Origin: an uncultured bacterium
GTDB lineage: Bacteria; Babelota; Babeliae; Babelales; Vermiphilaceae
Direction: 5' to 3'
NCBI GenBank assembly: GCA_963701085.1
Contig: OY969561.1
Coordinates: 992,001 to 1,056,000 of the forward strand
Length of the DNA stretch: 64,000 nt
The notes under the pieces are model-generated. The model searched no databases and had not been told where the DNA came from. It worked only from the letters and a program-made list of their open reading frames with translations. The position numbers and the translations under genes were made by a program. Every line of letters begins with the position of its first letter. Positions within the stretch are counted from its first letter, which is position 1. This document shows positions 42,810 to 52,825 of this stretch, one piece after another.

Positions 42810-43673
42810 TTAGGATGAACGGGCAAAATGATGCTGCCACCACACGCCAAACATTGCGCTCAGCATACGCACGCCACCGCGCAGTGTTAATTTGCTGCCT
42901 TCGCGATCTTCCCACACCGTTGGAACTTCTATAACGGTGTAGCCAGCTTTTTTGCATAAATATAACAGCTCAGCATCAAAAGCCCATTGCTTAACGGTTA
43001 GTTGTGGATTAATTTTTTCCAGTGTTGCTCGTTTGAACAGTTTTGCACCGCATTGGAAATCATAATATGTTAAGCCAAATAATAACCAGATTAATGGTTC
43101 ATAAATAATGCGACTGCCGTAGCGTTTATACGCAGGGCGTGGCGGTGAAATTTGTGCTCCTGGCATGTAGCGGCTTGCAATGATGCCATCATTACCGTTA
43201 ATTTTTTCAATAAGATCATAGAATGCATTTGGATACGTTGACATATCAGCATCAACAAAGCCGATGAGATCGTTATCACGTGTTAGAGCGTCAGCAAATC
43301 CTGCTTTTATAGCCAGTCCTTTGCCTGCTTGTTGTAAATCAATAATAACAATGGAGCTTGTTGTTAACTCATTGCGCACGCGTTCAACAACACCGATGGT
43401 ATCATCTTTACATCCGTTAAGTACAATAACAAATTCGAATGGCATGTTTTTTTCTGAGAAGAATTGATGATAGGTACGTATTGTTTTTTCAATACGTTTT
43501 TCTTCATTATATGCGGGGAAAATAATACTCAGTTTCATCATACTTACATCTTTTTTTGTAGTGGTTTTACCATTTTCTTTGGTGAAGAATTTGTCTCGTA
43601 CATATTCAAATGTAAAGATAATCAGAAATAGTGAAAGTAATGCAAGACTTATGGTGAAAAAAGGATGTTTCAT
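42810..43673 (-). CDS. GT2 glycosyltransferase, dolichyl-phosphate glucosyltransferase-like, N-terminal membrane anchor
   Basis: IIFPAYNEE, GKGLAI, FVDAD, DFQCGAKLF, WAFDAELL, VPTVW. Confidence 0.9.
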   Translation of the reverse strand: MKHPFFTISLALLSLFLIIFTFEYVRDKFFTKENGKTTTKKDVSMMKLSIIFPAYNEEKRIEKTIRTYHQFFSEKNMPFEFVIVLNGCKDDTIGVVERVRNELTTSSIVIIDLQQAGKGLAIKAGFADALTRDNDLIGFVDADMSTYPNAFYDLIEKINGNDGIIASRYMPGAQISPPRPAYKRYGSRIIYEPLIWLLFGLTYYDFQCGAKLFKRATLEKINPQLTVKQWAFDAELLYLCKKAGYTVIEVPTVWEDREGSKLTLRGGVRMLSAMFGVWWQHHFARSS

Positions 43674-43881
43674 GAGAATTCCTTAGTATCCATTTTTTGT
43701 ATCTGATAAATATTTTTTGTTTAATATACGGCTATTCATTTTTTTTGTATATTGTCTTGCAATTACAGAGTAATCATTTTTTAAAACGGGAAAGGTTAAG
43801 TAAGACATACAGTACAGTAACAAATATCGGGATACGTATACAACAAAAACATATTTTATAGTGCTTTTTAAGGATTTAGTT

Positions 43882-44382
43882 ATGCAAAAAAAATTATCAT
43901 TCATTTTAAGTATCATGTTGCTCACTGGTTTAACCAACTTTGTTAAAGCAGAAGATGAGATAAAGAAGCTTTTGATTATAGGTTCGCTTGCTACTCTTGG
44001 TTATGGAGGACATTGTCTTCAACAGATGAATGATGAGTATTCAAAAAAAAATAAAAAGCCTGATATGCAAATGCGTTTAACAAAAACAGCTCTAGCAGCG
44101 GGTTCTATTTTAGCGGTTGATATTCTTACGGGTGATACAAGTACAACACAACAACATTTAGCAAAAATAGGAGTTGCGGCTATTGCTATGGCGGCTACTA
44201 CGCAGCCAGTAGCTGATGTATTACGACCAATACCATTAATAGGGGGCCTTCTTACAGATCCTGTTGATGAAGATGGTGATGAAAGAAAAGATATCGGAGC
44301 TATTGCTCGTTTTGCATTAGCATATATTCCATTGCGACAATTGGCAGTGAAATGTTTTCCTAGTGTACAAAGCAAGAAATAA
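43882..44382 (+). CDS. Exported/membrane hypothetical protein
   Basis: AAGGA RBS; signal peptide ending VKA; several hydrophobic segments. Confidence 0.7.
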   Translation: MQKKLSFILSIMLLTGLTNFVKAEDEIKKLLIIGSLATLGYGGHCLQQMNDEYSKKNKKPDMQMRLTKTALAAGSILAVDILTGDTSTTQQHLAKIGVAAIAMAATTQPVADVLRPIPLIGGLLTDPVDEDGDERKDIGAIARFALAYIPLRQLAVKCFPSVQSKK

Positions 44383-44395
44383 TTGATTTACGGTG

Positions 44396-44429
44396 AAAAA
44401 AGCTCCCTTCAATTTGAGGGAGCTTTTTT
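44396..44429. terminator. Bidirectional terminator
   Basis: AAAAAAGCTCCCT...AGGGAGCTTTTTT. Confidence 0.8.
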
Positions 44430-44438
44430 TATGAATTA

Positions 44439-45014
44439 TTATTGAGAATTTTTTTGTTGAGTAATCTGTTCCAGCATGTGTTGATGTATGTTGGTCATAT
44501 AATCACAAAAATTTTGAGTGAACATTGTTTTATCACAACGTAAAAATTTAGTTAATTCATCTTGATGATGTTGAACTAACTGGGCTTCTTTTACGTTTAA
44601 TTCTAACTGTTTTTCTCGAGTATTATTGATTTTTTCTTGAGCTATATTGCGTTGCTGTAATATATAAACATTGGAATAATCAGGATGATTTTTGAGGTCA
44701 AGTTCCATTTGTTTTTCTTTTTTTGTAAGAGCTGTCATTTCAGGATCTTCATTCCATTTATTATAGGCATAATTTACGGTTGCACCGGCAACAATTGGCA
44801 GCAGCGTCCAACCAAGTCTATAGTACCCTGAATTTTCTTCTGAAGATGAATCAGTTTTTTGCTGAAATGTGACAATATGTATAGGGTTATCTTTGTCACC
44901 GAGACCCCCCTTTAGAAAATCTTCCATTCCATAACATTGGCTACTAAAAGCGAAAAATAAGATGATTGGTAAAAAAAATGATTTTTTATTTTTGATTTTA
45001 GATAAACTGAACAT
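44439..45014 (-). CDS. Secreted hypothetical protein with TM and coiled coil
   Basis: Signal peptide ...SSQCYG-ME; TM WTLLPIVAGATV. Confidence 0.65.
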   Translation of the reverse strand: MFSLSKIKNKKSFFLPIILFFAFSSQCYGMEDFLKGGLGDKDNPIHIVTFQQKTDSSSEENSGYYRLGWTLLPIVAGATVNYAYNKWNEDPEMTALTKKEKQMELDLKNHPDYSNVYILQQRNIAQEKINNTREKQLELNVKEAQLVQHHQDELTKFLRCDKTMFTQNFCDYMTNIHQHMLEQITQQKNSQ

Positions 45015-45091
45015 AGAAACTCTTTCATTTTTAAAGTTATTTAATGCATTACTATAATCAATAAATAATATTTGATAAAGCAGATAAAACA

Positions 45092-45751
45092 ATGATTATA
45101 TTTAAACCTCATAAAACCGTCGAGGTTCTTAAATCTTTTTTGCCAGATAACCCAATTATTGTGGAAGCTGGTGCATTTGATGGCAATGATACCAATAAGA
45201 TGGCGTTGCAGTGGCCACAGAGCACGATTCACGCTTTTGAGCCAGTGCCTGAAATTTATGAACGCTTATTGAAAAATACGCGTAAGTTCTCCAATATTTG
45301 TTATCATCCATTGGCGCTGAGTGATCATAATGGCACAGCGCATTTTTACATTTCAGAACGCCCCTCAAGGCCTGGAGTTGCTTCTCAAGCTGGATCCATT
45401 CATAAACCAAAAGAGCGATTATCAAAATCTCCGCTTATATTTCCTCGCACAACAACAGTGCCAACCATTACGCTTGATACATGGGCAGATGAAAATGGCG
45501 TTAGTGCGATTGATTTGTTGTGGCTTGATACGCAAGGTCATGAGCTTGCAATCCTCAAGGCAGCGCCAAAAATGCTTAAGCATACCAAGGTTGTTTTGGC
45601 GGAAGTTTCATTTATAGAAAGTTATGAAGGTCAACCGCGTTATGAAGATGTTATTGCGTGGATGACTGATCAAGGCTTTGAGTATGTTGGGCGTGATTTT
45701 ACCGAGACAACAACATGTTTTTTTGGCAATGTACTTTTTGTGAAAAAATAA
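45092..45751 (+). CDS. FkbM-family methyltransferase
   Basis: IVEAGAFDG, HAFEP, ITLD, DLLWLDTQGHEL; no signal peptide. Confidence 0.88.
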   Translation: MIIFKPHKTVEVLKSFLPDNPIIVEAGAFDGNDTNKMALQWPQSTIHAFEPVPEIYERLLKNTRKFSNICYHPLALSDHNGTAHFYISERPSRPGVASQAGSIHKPKERLSKSPLIFPRTTTVPTITLDTWADENGVSAIDLLWLDTQGHELAILKAAPKMLKHTKVVLAEVSFIESYEGQPRYEDVIAWMTDQGFEYVGRDFTETTTCFFGNVLFVKK

Positions 45752-45756
45752 CTTTT

Positions 45757-46707
45757 TTAAGCAATTGTTATCTTTTTTGTTTTCCATTTATCGCTAACTT
45801 GTGCCCGTGTTTTGATATTAATAACGTTAATTACTTTTTTCCCATCACTGTTTTTTTTGATGCTTTCTGGATAAATGACCACTTTATTGTTGCCAAGACG
45901 CTGTACAAAGCGTGAAAAATGAGATCCAGGACGGATAAGGCAATCAAATTCCATCATAGAAAAAAAATCTTCTAGTACATTTGAGCTGTGACTGTTGTCT
46001 TGTTCGCGATAGCCAAAAGTAATACGAGGATTATCGAGGGATTGTTTAAATTTTTGCATGAGCACTGCAGGTTCTTGGTGATCGGTGAATATGTGTACAT
46101 ACAAATTCTGTTCAGGGAACATGTCAGCAAGACGTGCTATTTGTGCAATAAAAAATTCATCGGGAACAAAACGTAATGGGCAGCGTTCTTTTTCTTCTTC
46201 TGTATCAACAATAAATCCACCACCATTGCGTACGTGCACGGCAATTGATATATACCCGTTAGGAATAATAACTTTTTCTAGTTCATATCGTGGGGCAATA
46301 TTTTTTTTGATCTCTTCTACAAAAGCTTGATCATACCAATCAATGGTGATATTGGAGTGCCAAGTGCTCATATAGAGCGTATTATTGTAAGGTAGTAATA
46401 TATATCTTATTGGTATATGTATGATAGTAGCAAACTGTTGTGTAGATTCGGGGGTAAATATATTTTCTTTTTCATGAATCATCAGTTGGTCAGAATATTT
46501 GAAGGGGAGATAAAGGAGTGGAATGTTGTATGTGTATGAAAGCCATTTTGCTCTTGAGTAAGAAAGAAGATTATCACCGAAGCGTCCTCCATTTGGTTCC
46601 CATGTAATGGCACTTGTGTACATTTCTTTGTGGTTCGTTTCCAAACATTGAGCTAAACAATTAAGCGATAGTGCGGCGAGAGTATATAAAAAAAATTCTT
46701 TTTTCAT
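45757..46707 (-). CDS. GT11-like (alpha-1,2-fucosyltransferase-like) protein with signal peptide
   Basis: GGRFGDNL, IAVHVRNG, IFTD, DFFSM, SHFS; MKKEFFLYTLAALSLNCLA. Confidence 0.6.
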   Translation of the reverse strand: MKKEFFLYTLAALSLNCLAQCLETNHKEMYTSAITWEPNGGRFGDNLLSYSRAKWLSYTYNIPLLYLPFKYSDQLMIHEKENIFTPESTQQFATIIHIPIRYILLPYNNTLYMSTWHSNITIDWYDQAFVEEIKKNIAPRYELEKVIIPNGYISIAVHVRNGGGFIVDTEEEKERCPLRFVPDEFFIAQIARLADMFPEQNLYVHIFTDHQEPAVLMQKFKQSLDNPRITFGYREQDNSHSSNVLEDFFSMMEFDCLIRPGSHFSRFVQRLGNNKVVIYPESIKKNSDGKKVINVINIKTRAQVSDKWKTKKITIA

Positions 46708-46799
46708 GAAGGTTCCTTTTTTTGTAACTACTTTTTGTGTTCTTAGTGCTAAAGTAATAAGCGTGATAAAAAAACACAATCATTTAAAAAGGAGTTATT

Positions 46800-47555
46800 G
46801 TGAAAAAATTGTTTGTTATCTCTGCTATTTTCTTATTTTGTTATGCGATAGAATCCTTTCCCCATGAAAAAATAAAGATTTATGCTTTGTATACCCCATC
46901 ACATGAAGTTTTAAAAGATGAATTTTTTTTACCTTCTCTTCACGATGATTTTGATATAGTTTTTGAATTTTGTGATCAAACATGTCCATCAGCAAAGTTT
47001 ATGAGTGAAGGATGGACAGAGACGACAATGCGTAAAGTTGATCTTATTATTCGTGCAATTTGCGAAAATTGGGGTTCAATTTTTATCTTTTCGGATGTAG
47101 ATATTCAGTTCTTTTGCCCTATTCAAGAAGAAATACTGAGGTTAATGCTCGATAAGGATCTGGTAATACAAAGGAATACGCCGAGTGGTGTTTTATGTAC
47201 TGGTTTTTTTGCCTGTCGTGGCAATGAAAAAACATTACAACTGTGGAAAGATGTAAAAAAAAGAATGGAAATCAGTGGATCAAATAGTGATCAAAATTCA
47301 TTAAATCATTGTATAAAAAGAAGCAGTAAAAAGAATCCCTATAATGTTGTGTGGGATTATTTACCCGATACTTTTTTTGGCGGAGGTACACTTACCGGAT
47401 GTGAGTGGCATCCAGGCATGTTTTTGCCAATACCGCATGATATTATGATTCACCATGCTAACTGGACAAAAGGCATAAAAAACAAAATAGCTCAACTTGT
47501 GTACGTGCGCAATGTAGTGTCATCTCGCAAAAAGGCTATCGTGAAATTTCCTTAA
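46800..47555 (+). CDS. Nucleotide-diphospho-sugar transferase (GT77-like) with signal peptide
   Basis: RKV; IFSDVDI DxD; CTGFF; DQ..LN; HHANW; MKKLFVISAIFLFCYA. Confidence 0.7.
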   Translation: MKKLFVISAIFLFCYAIESFPHEKIKIYALYTPSHEVLKDEFFLPSLHDDFDIVFEFCDQTCPSAKFMSEGWTETTMRKVDLIIRAICENWGSIFIFSDVDIQFFCPIQEEILRLMLDKDLVIQRNTPSGVLCTGFFACRGNEKTLQLWKDVKKRMEISGSNSDQNSLNHCIKRSSKKNPYNVVWDYLPDTFFGGGTLTGCEWHPGMFLPIPHDIMIHHANWTKGIKNKIAQLVYVRNVVSSRKKAIVKFP

Positions 47556-49068
47556 CGGATTCATTGGTTAAAAATAGTCCTACGCGTGATGGTAGTAAAA
47601 AAGCAAGATGCATTTCTTTAAAAAGGTTATAGGTATTATAAAAGTTTAAATTTTTAATCTCTTGATAAAGTGTTGCTTTGTTGCACAGAAAAACATCTTC
47701 TCCTATGACTGATCCTTTCCATATATCTGAACCGGCAGGATTTTTCCATGCACATATTTCATCATTGAGGGTAATAAATCGTGGAGCTCCTTTTTTTAAA
47801 GGATGCCTATTAAGGTAAAAACGATAGGCATATGTTTTTTCAAGCCAAAAAATATAATGAGAAATATCTAATGGTTTTGTGATCAAACAGGAATCGGTTG
47901 CCATTAGGATATGATCATTTTTACATAATCCTAAGTACGTTAAAAGTCGGTTTTTCAAACTTTTACTACCATCCACATCATACGGTATGAAAATGACATT
48001 TGGGAAATCTTTCCTCATAAATCGACATATCTTTTTGTTAGCTTCTGTGTTGTGGTAGAAGGTGTGGATTGTTCCTAGGTTAATAGTGTTGTTTTGGATG
48101 TTTTCTAGGATGCTGGCTATATCAGTGAGGTCATAACGACACAATAAAAACATATCGGCATGTGCATTTTTTACTGGAACAAGCCTTTTCTTTTTTGGTT
48201 GAAACTGCACAGGATAGCAACTTTTCTTTCTTATTTCACGTGCTGATGCCGTTTGAATTCGTCGATCAACTTTAAAACCAACAATCTCTGAATATAAATT
48301 TCTTATATATAAAATATCAGAAATGAACTTAATGTGAGTATGGGCCATTTCTACCATGGGGAAATACATAGCAACATCATTACTTGCAGGATAAAAGTCG
48401 CCTTGAAAACCTTCAATGTTATCCGCTATGAGATCTTCAAGTTTTACTAATTTAAATAACCATGATCTAAAGGATCGTGGATGCATATAAACAAAACTGT
48501 AGTAGCGATATGCTCGTTTTCGTTGAACATGTTTAGGAACAGCACGACAATATCCCATTTCTTTGTGTCCCCATTGAATTGCTTGGGAAGCGGGGACATT
48601 TTTATACTGGCCATAAGAAAACCATATATTTTCATCTTTGTAGAGGTTGTTATAGAATTCGAGTACGTGTGAATGTGCTAATGAATCGTCACCATCAACC
48701 ATAACAATAATTTCGTCATCATCACACTCATAGAGGACTTTGTATAAATTAAATAGCTTACGATGACGTTTTTTATTGCGAATAAAGGTAACACGGTTTT
48801 GCAAATTATGATTATCAATATACTGTTGAATAACCTCACAATTGTTATCCGTTGAGCAGTCATCAACAATAATTACTCGAAAATTGTCATATTCTTGTGT
48901 AAATATTGAGTTAAGAGTGTTTTCAGACCACTGATCATTGTTATATGAACAGATAACAACAACAATGGGAAGTTCGATAGAATCCTGTGTTGTTGATATT
49001 GCTCCGTTCGCAAGGTGCCCAAGACATAAAAAGAATGTGGCTAGTATTTTGATATGGTTCATTATCAT
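47536..49068 (-). CDS. GT2 glycosyltransferase with signal peptide
   Basis: VVICSYNN, IIVDDCSTD, VDGDD; N-terminus ...LATFFLCLGHLANG. Confidence 0.85.
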   Translation of the reverse strand: MIMNHIKILATFFLCLGHLANGAISTTQDSIELPIVVVICSYNNDQWSENTLNSIFTQEYDNFRVIIVDDCSTDNNCEVIQQYIDNHNLQNRVTFIRNKKRHRKLFNLYKVLYECDDDEIIVMVDGDDSLAHSHVLEFYNNLYKDENIWFSYGQYKNVPASQAIQWGHKEMGYCRAVPKHVQRKRAYRYYSFVYMHPRSFRSWLFKLVKLEDLIADNIEGFQGDFYPASNDVAMYFPMVEMAHTHIKFISDILYIRNLYSEIVGFKVDRRIQTASAREIRKKSCYPVQFQPKKKRLVPVKNAHADMFLLCRYDLTDIASILENIQNNTINLGTIHTFYHNTEANKKICRFMRKDFPNVIFIPYDVDGSKSLKNRLLTYLGLCKNDHILMATDSCLITKPLDISHYIFWLEKTYAYRFYLNRHPLKKGAPRFITLNDEICAWKNPAGSDIWKGSVIGEDVFLCNKATLYQEIKNLNFYNTYNLFKEMHLAFLLPSRVGLFLTNESVKEISR

Positions 49069-49235
49069 TTCCTTTTTTAAATGATATCGTTAATAGATCA
49101 CAAAAATAGATTACGAAAAATAGTAACAAATTTTATAAAAAAAGCCTAACAGTTGCTGATTATATGGAACAATGTATAGAATAGAAAAAACATATTCTAT
49201 GTTTTAGTTAGAATTTATTAAAAAAGGAGATTCTT

Positions 49236-50735
49236 ATGTTTTTGTCCACTGTGATGAGAAATTTTGTTTTTGGATTACTGGTATTGCCATCTTTGCTTAT
49301 CAATGCTCAAAGTGACAAGATAATAACTATTATTGGTACCGGATATGTTGGTCTTGTTTCAGGGGCCTGTCTTGCAGAAATTGGTAATTCAGTAATTTGT
49401 GCGGATATTGATTCAAGAAAAATAGAGATGTTGCATAATGGAATCATGCCAATTTATGAAAAAGGTCTTGCAGAACTTGTTGAACGTAATGTTGATGCAG
49501 AAAGATTAATGTTTACTGATAATGTTGTAGAAGCAATAGAGCTCGGGGACATTATTTTTATTGCTGTTGGTACACCAATGGGGGATGATGGTAGTGCAAA
49601 TTTATCATATATTGATGGTGTTGTAAGAATGATTGCTGAAAATATTAATTCATACAAAATTATTGTTACCAAAAGTACGGTACCAGTTGGAACAGGAAAA
49701 GGCATACGCGCACAGCTAGAAAATGATTACGGTATAGATCCAAATCTGTTTAGCATTGTTTCTAATCCTGAATTTTTACGCGAAGGACTTGCGGTTAATG
49801 ATTTCCTTTACCCAGACCGTTTAGTTATTGGAACAGATTCTGATAGTGCGCTTATCGAGTTATGTGAAGTATATGAAGCATTAATTGCAGGTGGTACGCC
49901 GTACGTGCTGACTAATGTGCAAACGGCGGAAATGATTAAATATGCAGCTAATGCATTTTTATCAGTCAAAATAAGTTATATCAATGAAGTTGCTAATCTT
50001 TGTGATGCAACTGATGCTGATGTAAAAACAGTTGCGTATGCCATGGGGCTTGATCATCGCATAAGTCCTGCATTCTTAAATCCAGGTCCTGGTTTTGGTG
50101 GTTCTTGTTTTCCAAAAGATTCTCAAGCAATAGTGTATATAGCTCATACACATAATTTACCTTTCTATACCGTGCAGGCGGCATTACATGCAAATACTGT
50201 TCAACAAGGCAAGACTGTTGAAAAATTACAAGCACTTATGCAAATAGAGCGGCAGGAAGATCTTGAGGGGAAAATAGTAGCTGTGCTTGGTCTTGCGTTT
50301 AAAGCTGATACTGATGATGTTCGTTATTCTCCTTCCATTAGAACCATTGAGTTGTTGCAAGAGTTAGGGGCAATTATAAAAGCCTATGATCCAATTGCAA
50401 CTGATAATATGCGGAGAATATTCCCTGATATAATCTATTGTTCATCACCTTACGATGCGGCAACAGATGCTGATGCGGTTGTTATTATGACTGACTGGGA
50501 TGAGATTAAACAACTTGATTTTGCACGGTTAAAAAAGTTTATGCATTACCCAATGATTGTTGATGCGCGCAATGTGGTGAATCCTGAAATTCTCAAACAG
50601 CTTGGTTATGTATGTGATTCGATTGGGCAATCATACTTGTGTAAAAAACGTAATGAATATGTTCGTACATTGATGCCAATACATCTACATAAACGTGTTC
50701 CATTGACTAAGTTTACAACAAGAAAAGGTAAGTAA
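49236..50735 (+). CDS. ugd: UDP-glucose/GDP-mannose 6-dehydrogenase with N-terminal signal-peptide-like extension
   Basis: IIGTGYVGL, FIAVGTP, KSTVPVGT, NPEFLREG, KYAANAFL, GFGGSCFPKD, LGLAFK..TDD.R. Confidence 0.93.
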   Translation: MFLSTVMRNFVFGLLVLPSLLINAQSDKIITIIGTGYVGLVSGACLAEIGNSVICADIDSRKIEMLHNGIMPIYEKGLAELVERNVDAERLMFTDNVVEAIELGDIIFIAVGTPMGDDGSANLSYIDGVVRMIAENINSYKIIVTKSTVPVGTGKGIRAQLENDYGIDPNLFSIVSNPEFLREGLAVNDFLYPDRLVIGTDSDSALIELCEVYEALIAGGTPYVLTNVQTAEMIKYAANAFLSVKISYINEVANLCDATDADVKTVAYAMGLDHRISPAFLNPGPGFGGSCFPKDSQAIVYIAHTHNLPFYTVQAALHANTVQQGKTVEKLQALMQIERQEDLEGKIVAVLGLAFKADTDDVRYSPSIRTIELLQELGAIIKAYDPIATDNMRRIFPDIIYCSSPYDAATDADAVVIMTDWDEIKQLDFARLKKFMHYPMIVDARNVVNPEILKQLGYVCDSIGQSYLCKKRNEYVRTLMPIHLHKRVPLTKFTTRKGK

Positions 50736-50783
50736 CTTTATTAATTAAAAGATGTTTGGATTCATTAACGTGACTTTTACATT

Positions 50784-50914
50784 CCGCTCGCCCTGAGTGC
50801 CCCGTAAGGGGTGTATCGAAGGGTGCAATAAAAAAAAGATTATTTATGTCCGTATTTCTTTTGTGTTGCATCCTTCGATACTTTTTTGCAAGCAAAAAAA
50901 CTCAGGACGAGCGG
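50784..50914. repeat. REP-like family A inverted pair
   Basis: CCGCTCGCCCTGAG...TATCGAAGG (50784-50823) and CCTTCGATA...CTCAGGACGAGCGG (50871-50914). Confidence 0.85.
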
Positions 50915-50976
50915 CGGGTAGATCAAGATAATTTATAGAAGTTTATGTTAATTATTCCAATACTTCGAGCCGTCCG

Positions 50977-51006
50977 GCCTCCTGTTTTGCAGGAGGTTTT
51001 TTTTTG
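50977..51006. terminator. Terminator, duplicated at 51689-51708
   Basis: GCCTCCTGTTTTGCAGGAGG followed by T tract. Confidence 0.7.
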
Positions 51007-51080
51007 TTTATTATAGTTACATATGATATAATACAAATTATTTAATTTTTTCAAATTAACAATATCAAGTGGGTTTTTTT

Positions 51081-51662
51081 ATGAATAACAAAATATTTTT
51101 TTTTCTTATGCTATCTGTTTTTTCTCTTTCAATAGCATCGGAAACAATGGTAAAACAACGCATGGTTGCTCAAATTCAGGTAAATAATGCAGCTGCTGAA
51201 GATTATGAAGTTAGGGATGTTCGAAAACTTGGTAGATATGCAGTAGCAGGGAGTGGTGTTTATGAATATCCAACAAGAATCAAAGAAAAAGATATAGAAT
51301 CTATTGAAAAAAATTTAAAATTGATTGTTATCCAAAATGCGATAGAAATAACGGGGAGTGGTGAAAATCTGTATGATATACAATTTGTTGGTGCTTCTCT
51401 TGCAAATCTAAAAAAAGCATTAGAAAAAGCTAATGAACTGAGGGAGACGAGGCTTGGTGATCAAGACTTTATGATTAGTTTAGTAAATCAAGATGTGACA
51501 AAAGGTGTTTCTTTTTCTTTAACAGAAGAACAATTTGAGTTCATAACTCAGGACTTTCATATGGCAAAAATAGTAACAATGTTTGGTGTTGCTGGATTAA
51601 TTGCTTTGATGTATTATTTTAATCTTCATTCAAAATGCATGGCGTTATTAGGACGTGGATAA
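51081..51662 (+). CDS. Exported hypothetical protein with C-terminal TM
   Basis: Signal peptide ending SIA; C-terminal hydrophobic helix. Confidence 0.7.
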   Translation: MNNKIFFFLMLSVFSLSIASETMVKQRMVAQIQVNNAAAEDYEVRDVRKLGRYAVAGSGVYEYPTRIKEKDIESIEKNLKLIVIQNAIEITGSGENLYDIQFVGASLANLKKALEKANELRETRLGDQDFMISLVNQDVTKGVSFSLTEEQFEFITQDFHMAKIVTMFGVAGLIALMYYFNLHSKCMALLGRG

Positions 51663-51688
51663 ATAATTTTTTGAGATAATGTAAAGAA

Positions 51689-51713
51689 GCCTCCTGTTTT
51701 GCAGGAGGCCTTT
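51689..51713. terminator. Terminator, identical core to 50977
   Basis: GCCTCCTGTTTTGCAGGAGGC. Confidence 0.7.
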
Positions 51714-51716
51714 GTG

Positions 51717-52634
51717 TTAATTATTCCAACTCGCGGCGGATGAATCGTTATTTATATTTTGGAACATAGCCGGGCGGTAATTTTTAGGCATCCAGCTTTT
51801 TGCCCACCAGTGCACCGCATAAGAACCTTGTTGAGTCCAACCACTTCTGTTGCCTTCTGTCTCTCGACAGCCCAGTGGGTAAAAATAAAATGCAGGGAAT
51901 GCTATATCTGTATTACCATCCATGTCAGCGCATGCATAAAATGATTTAGTAAAATGCACAGGACCAGTTTTCTTGGGTGCGCCTTGTAAATGCCAATCAT
52001 TTCTAATGGTTTCTATGCAATGTCGTAGGATTGGATGTCCTGGGCGAGAGCCGAATAATGCAGCTCCCAGTTGAACAAACCAGGTATCGAGTGGTTGAAG
52101 TGCGGTATAAAAATCATAAGTGTAGTGAAAATCATCTAATGCGCGCAAGCACTCGTAATCCATATCAACATAAACGCCGCCATAAAAATATAAGATCTCC
52201 CAGCGTAAAATATCAGATTTTATTCCATAATTATCAGTTGCATCATAAAATTCCTGATTATACAGTTGCATTTGCGCCACATCTTCATCGGTCCATAATT
52301 TATAGAGCCAATCGCGTCCCATGTGGTGTTCAATCCATGACTGCTGTAATGCTATGAATGATTCTGGCACGGGACTGCCCAACCAAATTTGGTGAATTAT
52401 TTTAGGAATTTTAAGTTCGCTGCCGGGGGTAATGTGTGAGAAATTATTTTTTTCATAGAGCATTGCAAAGAAGGCGTACAACATATCACCGTCAAGGCCA
52501 ATAATGCGTTCTGTTGTTGGAATTGCATTTGGATAGCTGTTGCGCTCCATTGCGTCGTCAAAAGGAAGGTAGTGCCATTCATCTGCACTGAGTGAGAATG
52601 ATGATAGTAATAATAACAACATTGGAATAATCAT
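51717..52634 (-). CDS. GT32 (OCH1/DXD-type) glycosyltransferase with signal peptide
   Basis: IPKIIHQIWLG, KSDILRWEILY..GGVYVDMD, TGP, YAVHWW; MIIPMLLLLLSSFSLSA. Confidence 0.88.
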   Translation of the reverse strand: MIIPMLLLLLSSFSLSADEWHYLPFDDAMERNSYPNAIPTTERIIGLDGDMLYAFFAMLYEKNNFSHITPGSELKIPKIIHQIWLGSPVPESFIALQQSWIEHHMGRDWLYKLWTDEDVAQMQLYNQEFYDATDNYGIKSDILRWEILYFYGGVYVDMDYECLRALDDFHYTYDFYTALQPLDTWFVQLGAALFGSRPGHPILRHCIETIRNDWHLQGAPKKTGPVHFTKSFYACADMDGNTDIAFPAFYFYPLGCRETEGNRSGWTQQGSYAVHWWAKSWMPKNYRPAMFQNINNDSSAASWNN

Positions 52635-52653
52635 GAGAACTCCTTTTTATATA

Positions 52654-52720
52654 AGCGCTCATCCTGAACTTGTTGAAGGATTAAGCGCTTTAATTCTTCG
52701 ACAGGCTCAGAATGAGCGCT
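52654..52720. repeat. REP-like family A inverted pair
   Basis: AGCGCTCATCCTGAACTTGTTGAAGGA ... TTCTTCGACAGGCTCAGAATGAGCGCT. Confidence 0.85.
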
Positions 52721-52825
52721 GAGGGGAAAAATTTCTTCCAGCCTACTGCAGTTTTGAAAAAAATAGAAAAGAAAGTTTTTCTGCTGCATAATGAATATAG
52801 GTACCTGTTATAAAGGAAAAAAAAG

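Noticed and set aside
42799-42957. N-terminal extension of the 423-aa ORF
   Set aside because: Overlaps the upstream GT2 gene; RBS and signal peptide indicate a start at 42798
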